Assembly: GCA_963767925.1 (NCBI GenBank)
Contig: CAVYGB010000008.1
Span: forward strand, 1-64,000
DNA from: an uncultured delta proteobacterium
GTDB taxonomy: Bacteria > Myxococcota_A > Polyangia > Fen-1088
Direction of reading: 5' to 3'
DNA: 64,000 bases
Part shown: piece by piece, positions 30,201 to 39,618 of the stretch
Layout of the letters: each line of letters opens with the position of its first letter
Position numbering within the stretch: the first letter of the stretch is position 1
Position numbers and translations under genes: made by a program
The notes under the pieces: generated by a model
The model's input: only the letters and a program-made list of their open reading frames with translations
Databases searched by the model: none
What the model was told of the DNA's origin: nothing

Positions 30201-31438
30201 GCGCGCAATCCTCCGTGGAGACCGAGCAGGAGGGGCGGGAGGTCGCCGCGGCCGCCCTGGTCCGGCTCGGCCGCACCCGCCTGCTCGGCATCGCCTTGCC
30301 CCAGCTCGCCGCCGAGGCGCCGGCCGAGTGGTCGACGACGCGAACGGTGGAGATCGCCCGGTCGGTGGAGGCCGCGCTCGAACGATGTGACGCCGGGGAC
30401 GCCGCCTGGGAGCGCTCGAACAAGGGGCTGTTCGCCCACGTACAGGCCCTGGAGCAGGCCCTGTTGCCCCAGGGCCACCAGGCCGGGACGTCCATGGCGG
30501 ACGAGCTGCTGCTGGTGGAGGTGCCGTTTCAGGGGCGCCTGCACACGATGGGGGAGTTCGGCGAGATCCTGGCCACCGAGGTGGTCAGCCGCCAGACCCT
30601 CCTCGGCGCCCGCGAGCGGGAGGTGATCGAGAACCACCTGGTGGGCGAGGTTTCGATGCACCTGCACGATCGACTGCACGGGGCCGAATCGCTGGTCCGC
30701 GAGATGAACGCCGAGCTGGCCGCCCGCCCGATGAGCACCGGAATGACGCTGAGGTTCTCGTGGGACACGCTCCCGGATGGCCCGGCCGGCATGGTCGAGG
30801 CGCGGCGCCGCCTGATGCGCGCCGGGGGGACCTGGTCCCCGGCAGAGCGGGAGGCGCTGGGCGGCTTTCTCCAGCAGCGGATCGCCGCCGAGCGCGCCGC
30901 CAACCTGGCGGGATCCTGGCAGGACCACCTCGCCCAGGCGCTCGACTACCGCCGCTGGCACCACTTCGGCGTCGAGCGGCAACAGGACGGAGTATGGCGC
31001 CGGCTCACCCGGCGCACGCACGGGACCGGCTCCGGCGGGGAGAAGGCGGTGGCCTTGACCCTTCCTCAGTTCGCCGCCGCAGCGGCCCACTACCGCAGCG
31101 CCGACCCGCGGGCGCCGCGCCTCATCCTGCTCGACGAGGTCTTCGTCGGCGTCGACAGCGACATGCGGGCCAAGTGCATGGGCCTGCTCGCGACCTTCGA
31201 CCTCGACTTCGTCATGACCAGCGAGCGGGAGTGGGGCTGCTATTCCAGCCTGCCCGGGCTGGCGATCTACCAGCTCACCACCCGGCCGGGCATCGATGCG
31301 GTGGGCGCGACCCGGTTCGTCTGGGACGGCCGGGAGCGCCGGCGGGTGCCGCTGGCCGCGCCGGGCGCGCGGGCCCGCGACGAGCCGACGAGCGAGGAGG
31401 CGCCCCTGTTCGCCCGGGATCCGGAGGCGAGCGCGTGA
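27206..31438 (+). CDS. jetC: Wadjet type II JetC, SMC-like ATPase (TIGR02680)
   Basis: Walker A GNNGTGKS; long coiled coils around a hinge (LEAAGILDAW); signature SGGEK; Walker B LILLDE. Confidence 0.9.
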   Translation: MTAGEGGAAGLPHPARERFQPLRGGLVNLFRYDDQQFGFEDGHLLLRGNNGTGKSRVLALQLPFLFDGEIAPHRMEPDGDPAKRAEWNLLLGGRYPDRLGYTWLELGRLAPGTERGEEYVTLGCGLSAAAGRGLVGRWFFITSKRVGRDLHLVTGAGQALSRERLGEALGESGTVYTTASAYREGVDQALFRLGKARYEALVNLLIQLRQPQLSRQLDEGRLSEALSQALPPLASSLIADVADAFRALEADRDALEGFRSASRAVEQFLAEYRRYAQIAARRRAGAVRTRHSAYEGAMRQLREAEREIEQATQEQADVDGRVARARVDEEAALATAEALGASPAMQDAQALRRAREAEERGRLDVDRASREAAARAERREEGQREVARARSQLDAAMASLAELGRRLEQAAASAGIGGRHLSAWSPVPAGPADDEGRDEEVVRALAALVEERRRSLRHLRTLEAALRKAEGLLDQARAAAATVEADTDEAAAAQRQAGTALDAAVEALRNRYRAFVAQARELALPPLEELVDALADWAAEPEGASPVARAVASALALGLEGVAELRAEAERRLREQQSVLEALRAEQANLEAGVHRPPDAPITRGPDVRTDRAGAPFWQVVDFADGLPAEHRAALEAALEAAGILDAWVSPDGMLLGPGDHDVRLLAAGPEIASGRHLGTVLRPVPDLPSAAAPPEAPETQKSPRPVVTVELVEALLARIAFGDPGGHEGREGRDEPVMVDLEGRFRLGPLAGRYGKTAAEHVGEGARQAARRRRLEALVLEIRQAAEAAQAIQQELAALGRRAALARAEAAAAPDDQPIRVAAAELEACGRRLDALRTRLAEAQRRVLELEAARVARRSAFEEAGRDLGLLAYLENLSELEEVLARYAAEVAALPPTLRNRRSAHGRSEAAARVAARADAELASAEARLAELRGLAARLAAERDVLESSVGAAAEEILTRFAEAQRLVKAARALRDRLAGEERKALERAVRASGARERAQSSVETEQEGREVAAAALVRLGRTRLLGIALPQLAAEAPAEWSTTRTVEIARSVEAALERCDAGDAAWERSNKGLFAHVQALEQALLPQGHQAGTSMADELLLVEVPFQGRLHTMGEFGEILATEVVSRQTLLGAREREVIENHLVGEVSMHLHDRLHGAESLVREMNAELAARPMSTGMTLRFSWDTLPDGPAGMVEARRRLMRAGGTWSPAEREALGGFLQQRIAAERAANLAGSWQDHLAQALDYRRWHHFGVERQQDGVWRRLTRRTHGTGSGGEKAVALTLPQFAAAAAHYRSADPRAPRLILLDEVFVGVDSDMRAKCMGLLATFDLDFVMTSEREWGCYSSLPGLAIYQLTTRPGIDAVGATRFVWDGRERRRVPLAAPGARARDEPTSEEAPLFARDPEASA

Positions 31439-32691
31439 CCGGCAGCGCAGGCGGCGCGCCCCCCACCGCCCGGCTCGAGGCGGTGCTCGGGGGGCCGGCC
31501 CTGGCCCGCTTGCGGACCCGGCTGCGCGCGCGCCTGGAGCGCGGCGAACCCCTCATCGGCCGGATCGTGTTGCCCGCGCCGTCAGCGGAGGAGCGGACGG
31601 CCATCGAGCGGCTGTTCGGGCGCCTCACGCGGGGAGAAGCGCTGAGCGTGGATCTCGATCAGCTCGCGGCGCTCCTCCAGGCGGCGGGGCTCAGCCCGGA
31701 TCTCACGGCGGCGGTCGTGACCCTCGAAGGTCCGGTGGCGGATCGACGGGCGCAACGCGAGGCGGACGAGGCGGCCTGGCGGGCGGTGTACGCGGAAACG
31801 CGCGCATCGCTCGCTCCCGACTGCCGCTGGCGCCCCTGGATCGACGACCTGGAGGCCACCGGGTTGCTCCGGCGTCTGGCTGGCGGCGGTTCGCCGCGCG
31901 GAGCGACGCTGATCCGATCGGCGGCTGCTGTCCTGGATCGCCTGCCAGCGCGGGCTTCGCCCCTGGCCGAGCTGGCCGCCGCCGCCGTCGGTGACAGCCA
32001 CGCCCTCGATCCCGGCGCGGCCGTCGGCACGCTGGTCTTGCGGGCGCTCGCGGGGCTGGTAGGGGCGCCCCTGCCCGGGGATCCCGAAGAGCGCCGGGCG
32101 ATCTGGGCGGTCCATGGCGTTCTGGTCGACGAGCTGTCGGCGCCCGTGCTCGCCCTGAACCTGCCGGGATCGTCGAGCGGGGGCACGGATCGGGCGCTGG
32201 CCCTGGCGCGGGAGCTGGGCGAACCGACCCGCCTCTCGACGCGACAGCTCCTGCGCGATCCACCAAGGCTCGCGCTCGACCTGATCTCCGAGCGGACCGT
32301 GTTCGTGTGTGAAAATCCGAGCGTGGTGGCCGCTGCCGCCGACCGGCTGGGCCCGCGCTGCCGGCCCCTCCTGTGCACCGAGGGCCAGCCGAAGACCGCG
32401 CTGAGAATGCTGCTCGCACAGCTGCGATCGGCGGGACTGCGGCTGGCATACCACGGGGACTTCGACTGGCCGGGCATCCAGATCGGTAACCTGATGGTGA
32501 CGCGCTTTCAGGCCGAGACCTGGTGCTTCGGGAGCGCCGACTACCTCGCCGCTGCCGAGGGCGCGCCCCTGGCCGGCAACCCGATCGTGCCCGTATGGGA
32601 CGCTCGGCTGGCGGAGGAGATGCGTGGCCGGGGGTGCGCCGTGTACGAGGAGGCCGTGCTCCCCCAGCTCGTCGCGGTCCTCGGCCGCTGA
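31435..32691 (+). CDS. jetD: Wadjet type II JetD, TOPRIM nuclease (TIGR02679)
   Basis: GDSHALD, VFVCENPSV and YHGDFDWPGI motifs; GTGA overlap with the jetC stop. Confidence 0.88.
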   Translation: MTGSAGGAPPTARLEAVLGGPALARLRTRLRARLERGEPLIGRIVLPAPSAEERTAIERLFGRLTRGEALSVDLDQLAALLQAAGLSPDLTAAVVTLEGPVADRRAQREADEAAWRAVYAETRASLAPDCRWRPWIDDLEATGLLRRLAGGGSPRGATLIRSAAAVLDRLPARASPLAELAAAAVGDSHALDPGAAVGTLVLRALAGLVGAPLPGDPEERRAIWAVHGVLVDELSAPVLALNLPGSSSGGTDRALALARELGEPTRLSTRQLLRDPPRLALDLISERTVFVCENPSVVAAAADRLGPRCRPLLCTEGQPKTALRMLLAQLRSAGLRLAYHGDFDWPGIQIGNLMVTRFQAETWCFGSADYLAAAEGAPLAGNPIVPVWDARLAEEMRGRGCAVYEEAVLPQLVAVLGR

Positions 32692-32858
32692 TTCCCTCCG
32701 CCGGCAAAGGCTTCGAAGCGCCCCCGGCCCGTCCTGGACAGACCCAAGCAAGCCGCGGCGCAATGCAAGGGAAGCGCGCGTCGTCCGGCTTGTCCGGGCC
32801 TTCCATTGGGGTTCGCCGCGCTGGATGCGGCGAGCTGAGTCGTCCGACCCCGGGCGGG

Positions 32859-32888
32859 TTGACACCTCCGGGCGGCGACGCATACGGT
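32859..32888 (+). promoter_or_regulatory. Possible sigma70 promoter TTGACA-N18-TACGGT
   Basis: Perfect -35 hexamer about 75 nt upstream of ATG 32939. Confidence 0.4.
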
Positions 32889-32938
32889 GTTGCGGTTTCC
32901 GGGGCCCCTGGGCCGCACCGCATGAAAATGGGAGAAGT

Positions 32939-34267
32939 ATGAAACCCCAAAAGATCATCGTCGTTCTGGGCCTGTGCTCGCTGGTGCTGGCGGCTTCGGC
33001 CGAGCCGGCGCGCGCGCAGGTTGTTCACCGGATTGTCGTCGACACGTTCATCGGAACGCCGGCCCCCGGAGTCCGGGAGCTGATCATCTCGGAGCTGGTG
33101 CAGCAGGGCCACCAGATCGTCCCCGACAGCAACCTGAAGGCGGTGGTCTCCGGGCTCGGCCTCAAGCGGCTGTCGGAGAACTACGCGGCGGTCGCTCAGC
33201 AGCTTGGCGCGACCCTGTTCCTCGAGGGGGTCACCTCCCGCCGGCGGAGCGTCTACACGACGCGGGTCCGGATGAGAAACGCCGCCGGGCCAATCGGAGA
33301 CGCGAGCTGGTCCGGAGCCGGGGTTTCCAGGCTGCTGGCGAAGGTTCGCTCGGGCCTGTCCAGGCGTCTGGCGGCGCTGGTGGCCGGCGACGGCAACCGC
33401 GAGCCGGCCAACGCGACCGCCCCGGCCGCTCTGGCGGCCAACCCCGCGGCGGGGCAGGGCGCGGGGCCCGTCATCTCCGACTCCGACAATGGCTCGTTGG
33501 CTCAGGCGATGGGGCCGGCGGGTGAGGTGCGGGCCGCTGCCGCGCAGGAGGAGGAGGACTCCGAGCAGCCCTCCAGCTCCCGCTCCAGCCGTCTGGAGAT
33601 TGTCGCGGGCCCCCACGTCTTCGCCCGCCAGTTCGCCTACGCCCGGAATCAGGTCGGCCCTCAGATTGGCTACCAGATGGTGGGCGTGCCCGCTTTCCAC
33701 CTGGCGGCGGACTACTTCTTCCTGCCGTTCCTGGGCATCTCCGTGAGCGGCGAATACTCTTACCCGTTCTCACCGGCCGGTCCCGACGGCGCCCCGATCC
33801 GGACCGGCTCGTTCGGGTTCGCGGCCGGTCCCAAGCTCCGGCTCACGTTCGGGCCGGCTGATCTCCTGGTGAGCGCGGCCTACGCGGAGGACGCCTTCGC
33901 CCTGTCGAAGGAGGGGCCCGAGCCCCCGCAGATCGCCAACGTTCGTTACCAGCAGATCAAGGGCGGCCCCTCGGCCCGCGTGCGGATCAGCCGCAACCTG
34001 GCGCTGCTCGCGGGTGGCTCCTACCTGCACCTGCTCTCGTTCGGCGAGATCGGGTCTGCGCGGTACTTCCCCTTCGTCACCGGCTACGGCGCCGAGGGCT
34101 TTGCCGGAGCGGCCGTGGGCCTCACCACGAGCCTCGAGGTTCGCGCCACGGCCAACCTGCGCCGCTACGTTCTCTCGCTGAACAGCTCGACCGCCGATGA
34201 GCGACAGGCCGGAGCTGGCACCGACCAGTACCTCGGCATCAACCTCTCCGTCGCCTTCCGAGACTGA
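32939..34267 (+). CDS. Exported hypothetical protein with probable C-terminal outer-membrane beta-barrel
   Basis: Signal peptide; Ala/Pro linker; alternating amphipathic strands ending in LSVAFRD. Confidence 0.6.
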   Translation: MKPQKIIVVLGLCSLVLAASAEPARAQVVHRIVVDTFIGTPAPGVRELIISELVQQGHQIVPDSNLKAVVSGLGLKRLSENYAAVAQQLGATLFLEGVTSRRRSVYTTRVRMRNAAGPIGDASWSGAGVSRLLAKVRSGLSRRLAALVAGDGNREPANATAPAALAANPAAGQGAGPVISDSDNGSLAQAMGPAGEVRAAAAQEEEDSEQPSSSRSSRLEIVAGPHVFARQFAYARNQVGPQIGYQMVGVPAFHLAADYFFLPFLGISVSGEYSYPFSPAGPDGAPIRTGSFGFAAGPKLRLTFGPADLLVSAAYAEDAFALSKEGPEPPQIANVRYQQIKGGPSARVRISRNLALLAGGSYLHLLSFGEIGSARYFPFVTGYGAEGFAGAAVGLTTSLEVRATANLRRYVLSLNSSTADERQAGAGTDQYLGINLSVAFRD

Positions 34268-34387
34268 CCGCCCGCTGACCCGAGCGACGGCGGTCCCTGC
34301 GTCGCTCGTCTTACGCGGATTTTACATGGGGTTCGCCCCGTCGCCCGGAGGTTGTCTTTGCGGGGGGTGACGGGCATTCTGGGCGGC

Positions 34388-35329
34388 ATGACCAGACCCT
34401 CTCTCGTGGCTGTGATCGCGCTGCTCATGGCTGCTCCCGTGGCGCTGGCCCAGAGCAAGGGCACCCCGAAGAAGCTGCTGTTCTTCACCAAGGCGGCGAG
34501 CCACGAGCACGCCATCATCGTGGGCAAGGACGGGCAGCCCAACTTCGCGCACAAGGCGCTGGAGGAGCTGGGGAAGAAACACGGCTTCGTGGTCACCCAC
34601 AGCAAGGACGGCGGGCTGTTCACGGCTTCGGGCATCGCCGGCTACGACGGCTTCGTCTTCTACACGTCGGGCGATCTCACCACCCCCGGCACCGACAAGA
34701 GCCCCCCGATGTCCGCCGAGGGGAAGGCCGCCTTCCTCGCGGCGATCGCGAACGGCAAGGCCTTCGTCGGCATCCACTCGGCGGCCGACACCTTCAACAC
34801 GCCCGGGGAGCGCTTCCGGGCCACCGGCGACGCGACCGATCCCTACGTCAAGATGCTGGGGGGCGAGATCCTCAACCACGGCATGCAGCAGTCGGTGCGG
34901 GTGCTGTGCGCCGACCGCAAGTTCCCCGGGTTCGACGCCTGCAAGGAGAGCTTCGTGCTGCTCGACGACTTCTACTCGCTGCGGAACTTCGGCACGGATC
35001 TGCACGTGCTGCTCTCGGTCGCCACCTGGTCCATGAAGAACACCGGCCCCGAGAGCGTCTATCGCCGCGCGCCCTTTCCCATCGCCTGGGCCCGCAAACA
35101 CGGCAAGGGCCGGGTCTTCTTCACCGGCATCGGGCACCGCGAGGAGACCTGGGCCAACGCCCAGTTCCAGGACATGCTCGTGGGCGGCATCCGCTGGGCG
35201 ACCGGCCTGGCCAGCGCCACGATCAAGCCGAACATCACCACGGTGACCCCCGGGTTCGGCGAGATCCCCCCCAACGACCCACCCCCCGCCAAGCCCCCGA
35301 CCGCCACGTCCGCCTCGGCGGCCCCCTGA
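34388..35329 (+). CDS. ThuA-like (trehalose utilisation) domain exported protein
   Basis: LLFFTK, FVGIHSA and PIAWAR.HGKGRVFFTGIGH...GGIRWA. Confidence 0.8.
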   Translation: MTRPSLVAVIALLMAAPVALAQSKGTPKKLLFFTKAASHEHAIIVGKDGQPNFAHKALEELGKKHGFVVTHSKDGGLFTASGIAGYDGFVFYTSGDLTTPGTDKSPPMSAEGKAAFLAAIANGKAFVGIHSAADTFNTPGERFRATGDATDPYVKMLGGEILNHGMQQSVRVLCADRKFPGFDACKESFVLLDDFYSLRNFGTDLHVLLSVATWSMKNTGPESVYRRAPFPIAWARKHGKGRVFFTGIGHREETWANAQFQDMLVGGIRWATGLASATIKPNITTVTPGFGEIPPNDPPPAKPPTATSASAAP

Positions 35330-35359
35330 CCCCAGGTTCCGGACAGAGTCCGCTCTGAA

Positions 35360-35387
35360 GCGCGCGGGAGGGAAACCTCCGGCGCGC
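35360..35387. terminator. GC hairpin with GAAA loop between convergent genes
   Basis: GCGCGC-g-GGAGG-GAAA-CCTCC-g-GCGCGC. Confidence 0.45.
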
Positions 35388-35392
35388 ATCGA

Positions 35393-36445
35393 TCAGGCGG
35401 AGCGGTTGCGCGCCTGGTGGGTGAGGATGAGGGCCACGGTGAGGGTCAGGAGGGTGAGGGGGATGGTGGCGTAGAGCGCGCGGTGGCCGATGCCGAGGGA
35501 CCAGGAGGGGGGGCCGGCGACGACGTACTGGGCGTTGAAGGGGGAAGAGGCCGCGCGGGGGCCGCTGCGGGTGTAGAGCCAGGGGTCGGGGTATATGAGG
35601 TGGGTGGCGCGGGGCTTGTCGGGGGCGCCCTGGTAAAAGCGCTGGCCGTCGAGGTTGCGTCCGGTGCTCGTCGGGATCTGGGCGAGGCGCTGGAAGTGGA
35701 TGGAGGAGGGGAGGGCGCTGATGACGGCGGCGGCGCTGCTGCCTGCTGGCGTGCTGACGGTGCCGGCGAAGAGGGGATCGAAGAGGATCCACCCCCGCTG
35801 GGGGTCGTGGACCTCGATCGCTGGATGGGAGATCTCGACCGAGGGATTCGTCATGTGGACCAGGCGGGCCGGGGTGCCGGTGGCGAGCAGGGCGGCGGCG
35901 AGCAGGCTCGCGCGGGTGGCGGGGTCGCAGGGGCGCCCGGCCAGGTGGCTGGCGACGAGGGCGAGGTGATCGGCGGCGGGATCGAGGAGGGATCGGGGCG
36001 GGCGGCCGTGAGGACAGCGGGTGGCCAGGGCGTTGCTCAGGCAGACGGCCCGCTCGATCGCCGCTGCCGGGCCGGCGCAGCGCCCGCGCGCGAAGGCGCG
36101 CAGGTGATCGGCGGCCGAGCCCTCGACGACGGCGGGGGTGTCCCAGCGGAGGGCGGCGAGCTGGAGGGGATCGGCGGGACGGAGGGCATCGTCGAGGTCG
36201 ACCTGCTGCAGGCGGGTGCGCGCGTAGCCGAGCCGGTCGAGCGAGATGGTCTGGAGGGCCAAAACGGTGGCCAGCACGATGACCCAGGTCTCCCGGGCGG
36301 CCCGCTTCCCGGCGGCAGTCCGCGGGTGGGGCGGTGGGATGGCGCCTGCTGCGGGCTGCGCGTATGTGCCCACCCAGGGGGCCGGGTCGGCCGGAGCCTC
36401 CGGCGTGGAATCCGCGTCGTGTCGAGCCACGGGATGGTCAAGCAC
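35393..36445 (-). CDS. Membrane protein with transglutaminase-like domain; start uncertain
   Basis: A.LL.A.L.A.G.PAR.V...H...EV...GW..FDP pattern; N- and C-terminal hydrophobic segments. Confidence 0.6.
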   Translation of the reverse strand: MLDHPVARHDADSTPEAPADPAPWVGTYAQPAAGAIPPPHPRTAAGKRAARETWVIVLATVLALQTISLDRLGYARTRLQQVDLDDALRPADPLQLAALRWDTPAVVEGSAADHLRAFARGRCAGPAAAIERAVCLSNALATRCPHGRPPRSLLDPAADHLALVASHLAGRPCDPATRASLLAAALLATGTPARLVHMTNPSVEISHPAIEVHDPQRGWILFDPLFAGTVSTPAGSSAAAVISALPSSIHFQRLAQIPTSTGRNLDGQRFYQGAPDKPRATHLIYPDPWLYTRSGPRAASSPFNAQYVVAGPPSWSLGIGHRALYATIPLTLLTLTVALILTHQARNRSA

Positions 36446-36865
36446 CGCTGGTGGCTGTGCAATGGCCAGACCGCCCTCGACCGCGAGGGCGTGACCCGCC
36501 GTCCGGGTGCGACGGCGAGTCGGGGAGGCGCACCGCCGCCGCCGCCGCCTCGCAGACCTTCGCGAAACGCAAGGGCAACAGCCGCACGACGCAAGCCGAG
36601 GGCGGCGGGTTCGCTGTCCGCTGCGCTCGGGTGCTGTCGCACAGGCGCCCGGATGGCCCGCCATGGCCGAGGCCGGCTTCTCGCGGGAGACCCGGGTGGA
36701 GACGCCAGGGCCCCCCGCCGGCCGGTTCCACCGACGTCCCGGCGGCATCGTCGCGCGTGAGCGATCTGTGATGCGCCAGCTTGCAAAACCGTCGCGGGGG
36801 GGCAAAATGCCGACGCTGTGAGATCCCGTCGACGCCTGCGTGACTTCCTCTGGCGGCAGGTCTCC

Positions 36866-39538
36866 ATGGGGGCGAAGACCCCCGGCCGGGCGGGCGCCGG
36901 CCGGCTCGTCCTCCCGGTGCTGCTGACCCTGCTGATCCCGGCGGCGGCCGGGGCCCGCTCGACCGCCTTTTACATGGGTGATCGCCCGCCGCTGGAGGCC
37001 CTCGGGTGGTTCCAGGAGGTGGTTCTGGATCCCGCCCGGGTGAGCGACCCCGAGCTGGCGGCCCTCCGCCGCGGTGGGACCTTGACCATCGCGAGCATAG
37101 CCCCGGCCGAGGTGGCCAAGGGCGCGGCGTCCTCGGGGGCGCTGCTGACTGCCCTGCAGAAGCGCGGGTTCACCGCCTTCCTCTTCGACGCGCGCGACCC
37201 GGCCCGGGTGCCGGGGACCGAGGCGCTGATCCGCGAGGCGCGCCGGCGCAACGCCGGGTCCCAGCTCTACTACTGGGCCGCGCTGGAGCGGCTGCAGGCG
37301 GTGGGCCCATCGATCTCGGGCTTCGTCACCGACGGGATCTTCAGCGAGCGCCTGCCCCGGCCGGGTGAAGACACCGCGCCCGCGGTGCTCGACGACATCG
37401 AGGGCGTGCGCCGGCTAGCCAACCTGGTGCGGGTGCGGGGCGGCTCCAGCATCCCGATCATCGTGCGCGAGCGGCTGCCCGCGGGGCAGCGCGAGCAGGC
37501 GCGCGGGATCGCCCGCACCCTGGCCGAGCGGGGGTTCGTCCCCTGGGTCACGGTGGGCCGCCGCCACCTGGGGGTGGGCCTGCGCGAGTTCATCCCCCGG
37601 CGCATCCTCGTCCTTTACGATGGCCAGGAAGAGGCCAAGGTGCAGGAGACCGTCGCCCACCGGTTGCTGTCGGTCCCGATCGAATACCTGGGCTACATCG
37701 GCGATTTCCTCGACGTGCGGGCGGCCCCCCTGCCGCAGGGCGATCTGAGCGCCCGCTACACCGGCATCGCCACCTTCTTCGGCGACGACGAGATGCCGCA
37801 GCCCCGGGCCTACGAGGCCTGGGTGCTCGCCCAGATCGACAACGGGGTCCGCATCGCCATGTTCGGGCGGCCGGGCCTGCCCGCCTCCTCGGGCGTCCTC
37901 GGGCGCATGGGGCTGATCGAGTCGAAGCGGCCGCTGGTCCCTCCCGTCTCGGTCTCGGGGACCAGCGTGATCACCGGCTTCGAGGCGGCGCCCCGGCCGC
38001 TGGCCCGCGACCTGCCCAACTGGCAGGCCCGGGAGGGGGAGGTCCACATCGAGCTGCGAGACAGCAGCGGCCAGCGCGTGACCCCCGTGGTGACCGGGAG
38101 CTGGGGCGGCCTGGCCCTCGACCCCTACATCACCGACCACGGGCTCGACAACCGGGTGCGCTGGATCCTCGACCCGTTCGCCTTCCTGACCCGGGCCCTC
38201 GACCTCGAGGCCATCCCCGCCCCCGACCCCACCACCGAGAGCGGCCGCCGCCTCCTGTTCATCCACATCGACGGCGACGCCTTCGTGAGCCAGGCGGAGA
38301 TGCCGGGCAAACGCTACGCCGGCGAGGTGATCCTGCGGGAGTTCCTGCTGCGTTACCCGCAGCTCCCCCACACCGTGTCGGTGGTCGAGGGGGAGGTCGG
38401 CCCCGCTGGCAAGTACCCCGACGTCTCGCCCAAGCTGGAGGCGATCGCCCGGACCATCTTCAAGCTGCCCCAGGTCGAGGTGGCGAGCCACACCTTCGGT
38501 CACCCGCTCGACTGGGTCCGGGCCTCCCAGGGCGAGCGCACCCGCAGCGCCGAGTCGGCCGCGCCCATCGACCTCGACATCCCCGGGTACCGCTACAACG
38601 CCCACCGCGAGGTGGCCGGCTCGGTCGCCTACATCAACGAGCGGCTGGCCCCCAAGGACAAGCCGGTGAAGGTCTACCTCTGGAGCGGCGACGCCATGCC
38701 CGGCCCGGACGCCATGCGGGAGGTGGTCGCCCTCAAGCTGGCCAACATGAACGGCAACAACGCCGAGACGCCACGGGACGCCCCCACGCTGTCGCAGGTC
38801 CCTTCCCTGGGCAAATACGTCAACGGGATGTTGCAGGTGTATTCGCAGGCCCACAACGAGAACGAATACACCTCCGACTGGACCAGCCGCTATTACGGTT
38901 TTCGCGACCTGGTCGATCGCTTTCGGTTCACCGAGGCGCCCCGCCGCCTGAAGCCGATCAACATCTACTATCACTTTTACTCGGGCACCAAACCGGCGGG
39001 CATCACGGCGCTGCACCAGATCTACAAATACGCCCTCGAGCAGGAGACCCTCCCGATCGTGGTCAGCGAGGCGGTGGCCCGGGTGGCAGGCTTTCACAGC
39101 GTCACCTTCGCCCGGCGCATCGACGGCGCCTGGGAGCTGCGGGGCCTGGGGGCGCTGCGGACTCTGCGCCTCGACCGCCGCCTGGGCTGGCCCGATCTGG
39201 CCAACTCGATCGGCGTGGCCGGCGTCACCGACGCTGGCCCCGGCCGTTACCTCTCGCTGGGGGCCGAGCCGGAGATCACCCTGGCGCTGACCTCCAGCCG
39301 GCCCGCCTTGCCCCACCTGATCTCGTCCAACGCCATGCTCGTCTCCTGGACCCGGAACCCGACGGGGGTGACCTTTCACCTGCAGGGCCACCAGCCGGTC
39401 CAGGTCACCATCGGGGGCTGCACCTCCGGCGAGGGCGTGACCGGCGCGAGCCGGGTGCGCGTCGACCTCCCCCGCCGGGAGGTCCGTCTCTCCTTCCCCG
39501 CGAAGGACACGGGCGAGGTGTCGCTGCGCTGCCGCTGA
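36866..39538 (+). CDS. pelA: PelA-like glycoside hydrolase / polysaccharide deacetylase
   Basis: RRILVLYDG, RWILDPFAFL, PD.TTESGRRLL..HIDGD, EVASHT..HP and PINIYYHFYSG. Confidence 0.82.
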   Translation: MGAKTPGRAGAGRLVLPVLLTLLIPAAAGARSTAFYMGDRPPLEALGWFQEVVLDPARVSDPELAALRRGGTLTIASIAPAEVAKGAASSGALLTALQKRGFTAFLFDARDPARVPGTEALIREARRRNAGSQLYYWAALERLQAVGPSISGFVTDGIFSERLPRPGEDTAPAVLDDIEGVRRLANLVRVRGGSSIPIIVRERLPAGQREQARGIARTLAERGFVPWVTVGRRHLGVGLREFIPRRILVLYDGQEEAKVQETVAHRLLSVPIEYLGYIGDFLDVRAAPLPQGDLSARYTGIATFFGDDEMPQPRAYEAWVLAQIDNGVRIAMFGRPGLPASSGVLGRMGLIESKRPLVPPVSVSGTSVITGFEAAPRPLARDLPNWQAREGEVHIELRDSSGQRVTPVVTGSWGGLALDPYITDHGLDNRVRWILDPFAFLTRALDLEAIPAPDPTTESGRRLLFIHIDGDAFVSQAEMPGKRYAGEVILREFLLRYPQLPHTVSVVEGEVGPAGKYPDVSPKLEAIARTIFKLPQVEVASHTFGHPLDWVRASQGERTRSAESAAPIDLDIPGYRYNAHREVAGSVAYINERLAPKDKPVKVYLWSGDAMPGPDAMREVVALKLANMNGNNAETPRDAPTLSQVPSLGKYVNGMLQVYSQAHNENEYTSDWTSRYYGFRDLVDRFRFTEAPRRLKPINIYYHFYSGTKPAGITALHQIYKYALEQETLPIVVSEAVARVAGFHSVTFARRIDGAWELRGLGALRTLRLDRRLGWPDLANSIGVAGVTDAGPGRYLSLGAEPEITLALTSSRPALPHLISSNAMLVSWTRNPTGVTFHLQGHQPVQVTIGGCTSGEGVTGASRVRVDLPRREVRLSFPAKDTGEVSLRCR

Positions 39539-39618
39539 CCGGCGGCGCGCTCCCGTGGGCCCGGCGCCGCTGCCCGCCGAGCGCCCGGCCGGTCCGGTGC
39601 CGTATAGTGGCGGCACGC

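Noticed and set aside
36565..36640. c-di-GMP-I riboswitch upstream of pelA (GGGCAA...GACGCAAGCC)
   Set aside because: Lacks the GNRA-capped P2 stem and a convincing P3; the resemblance is only two short words
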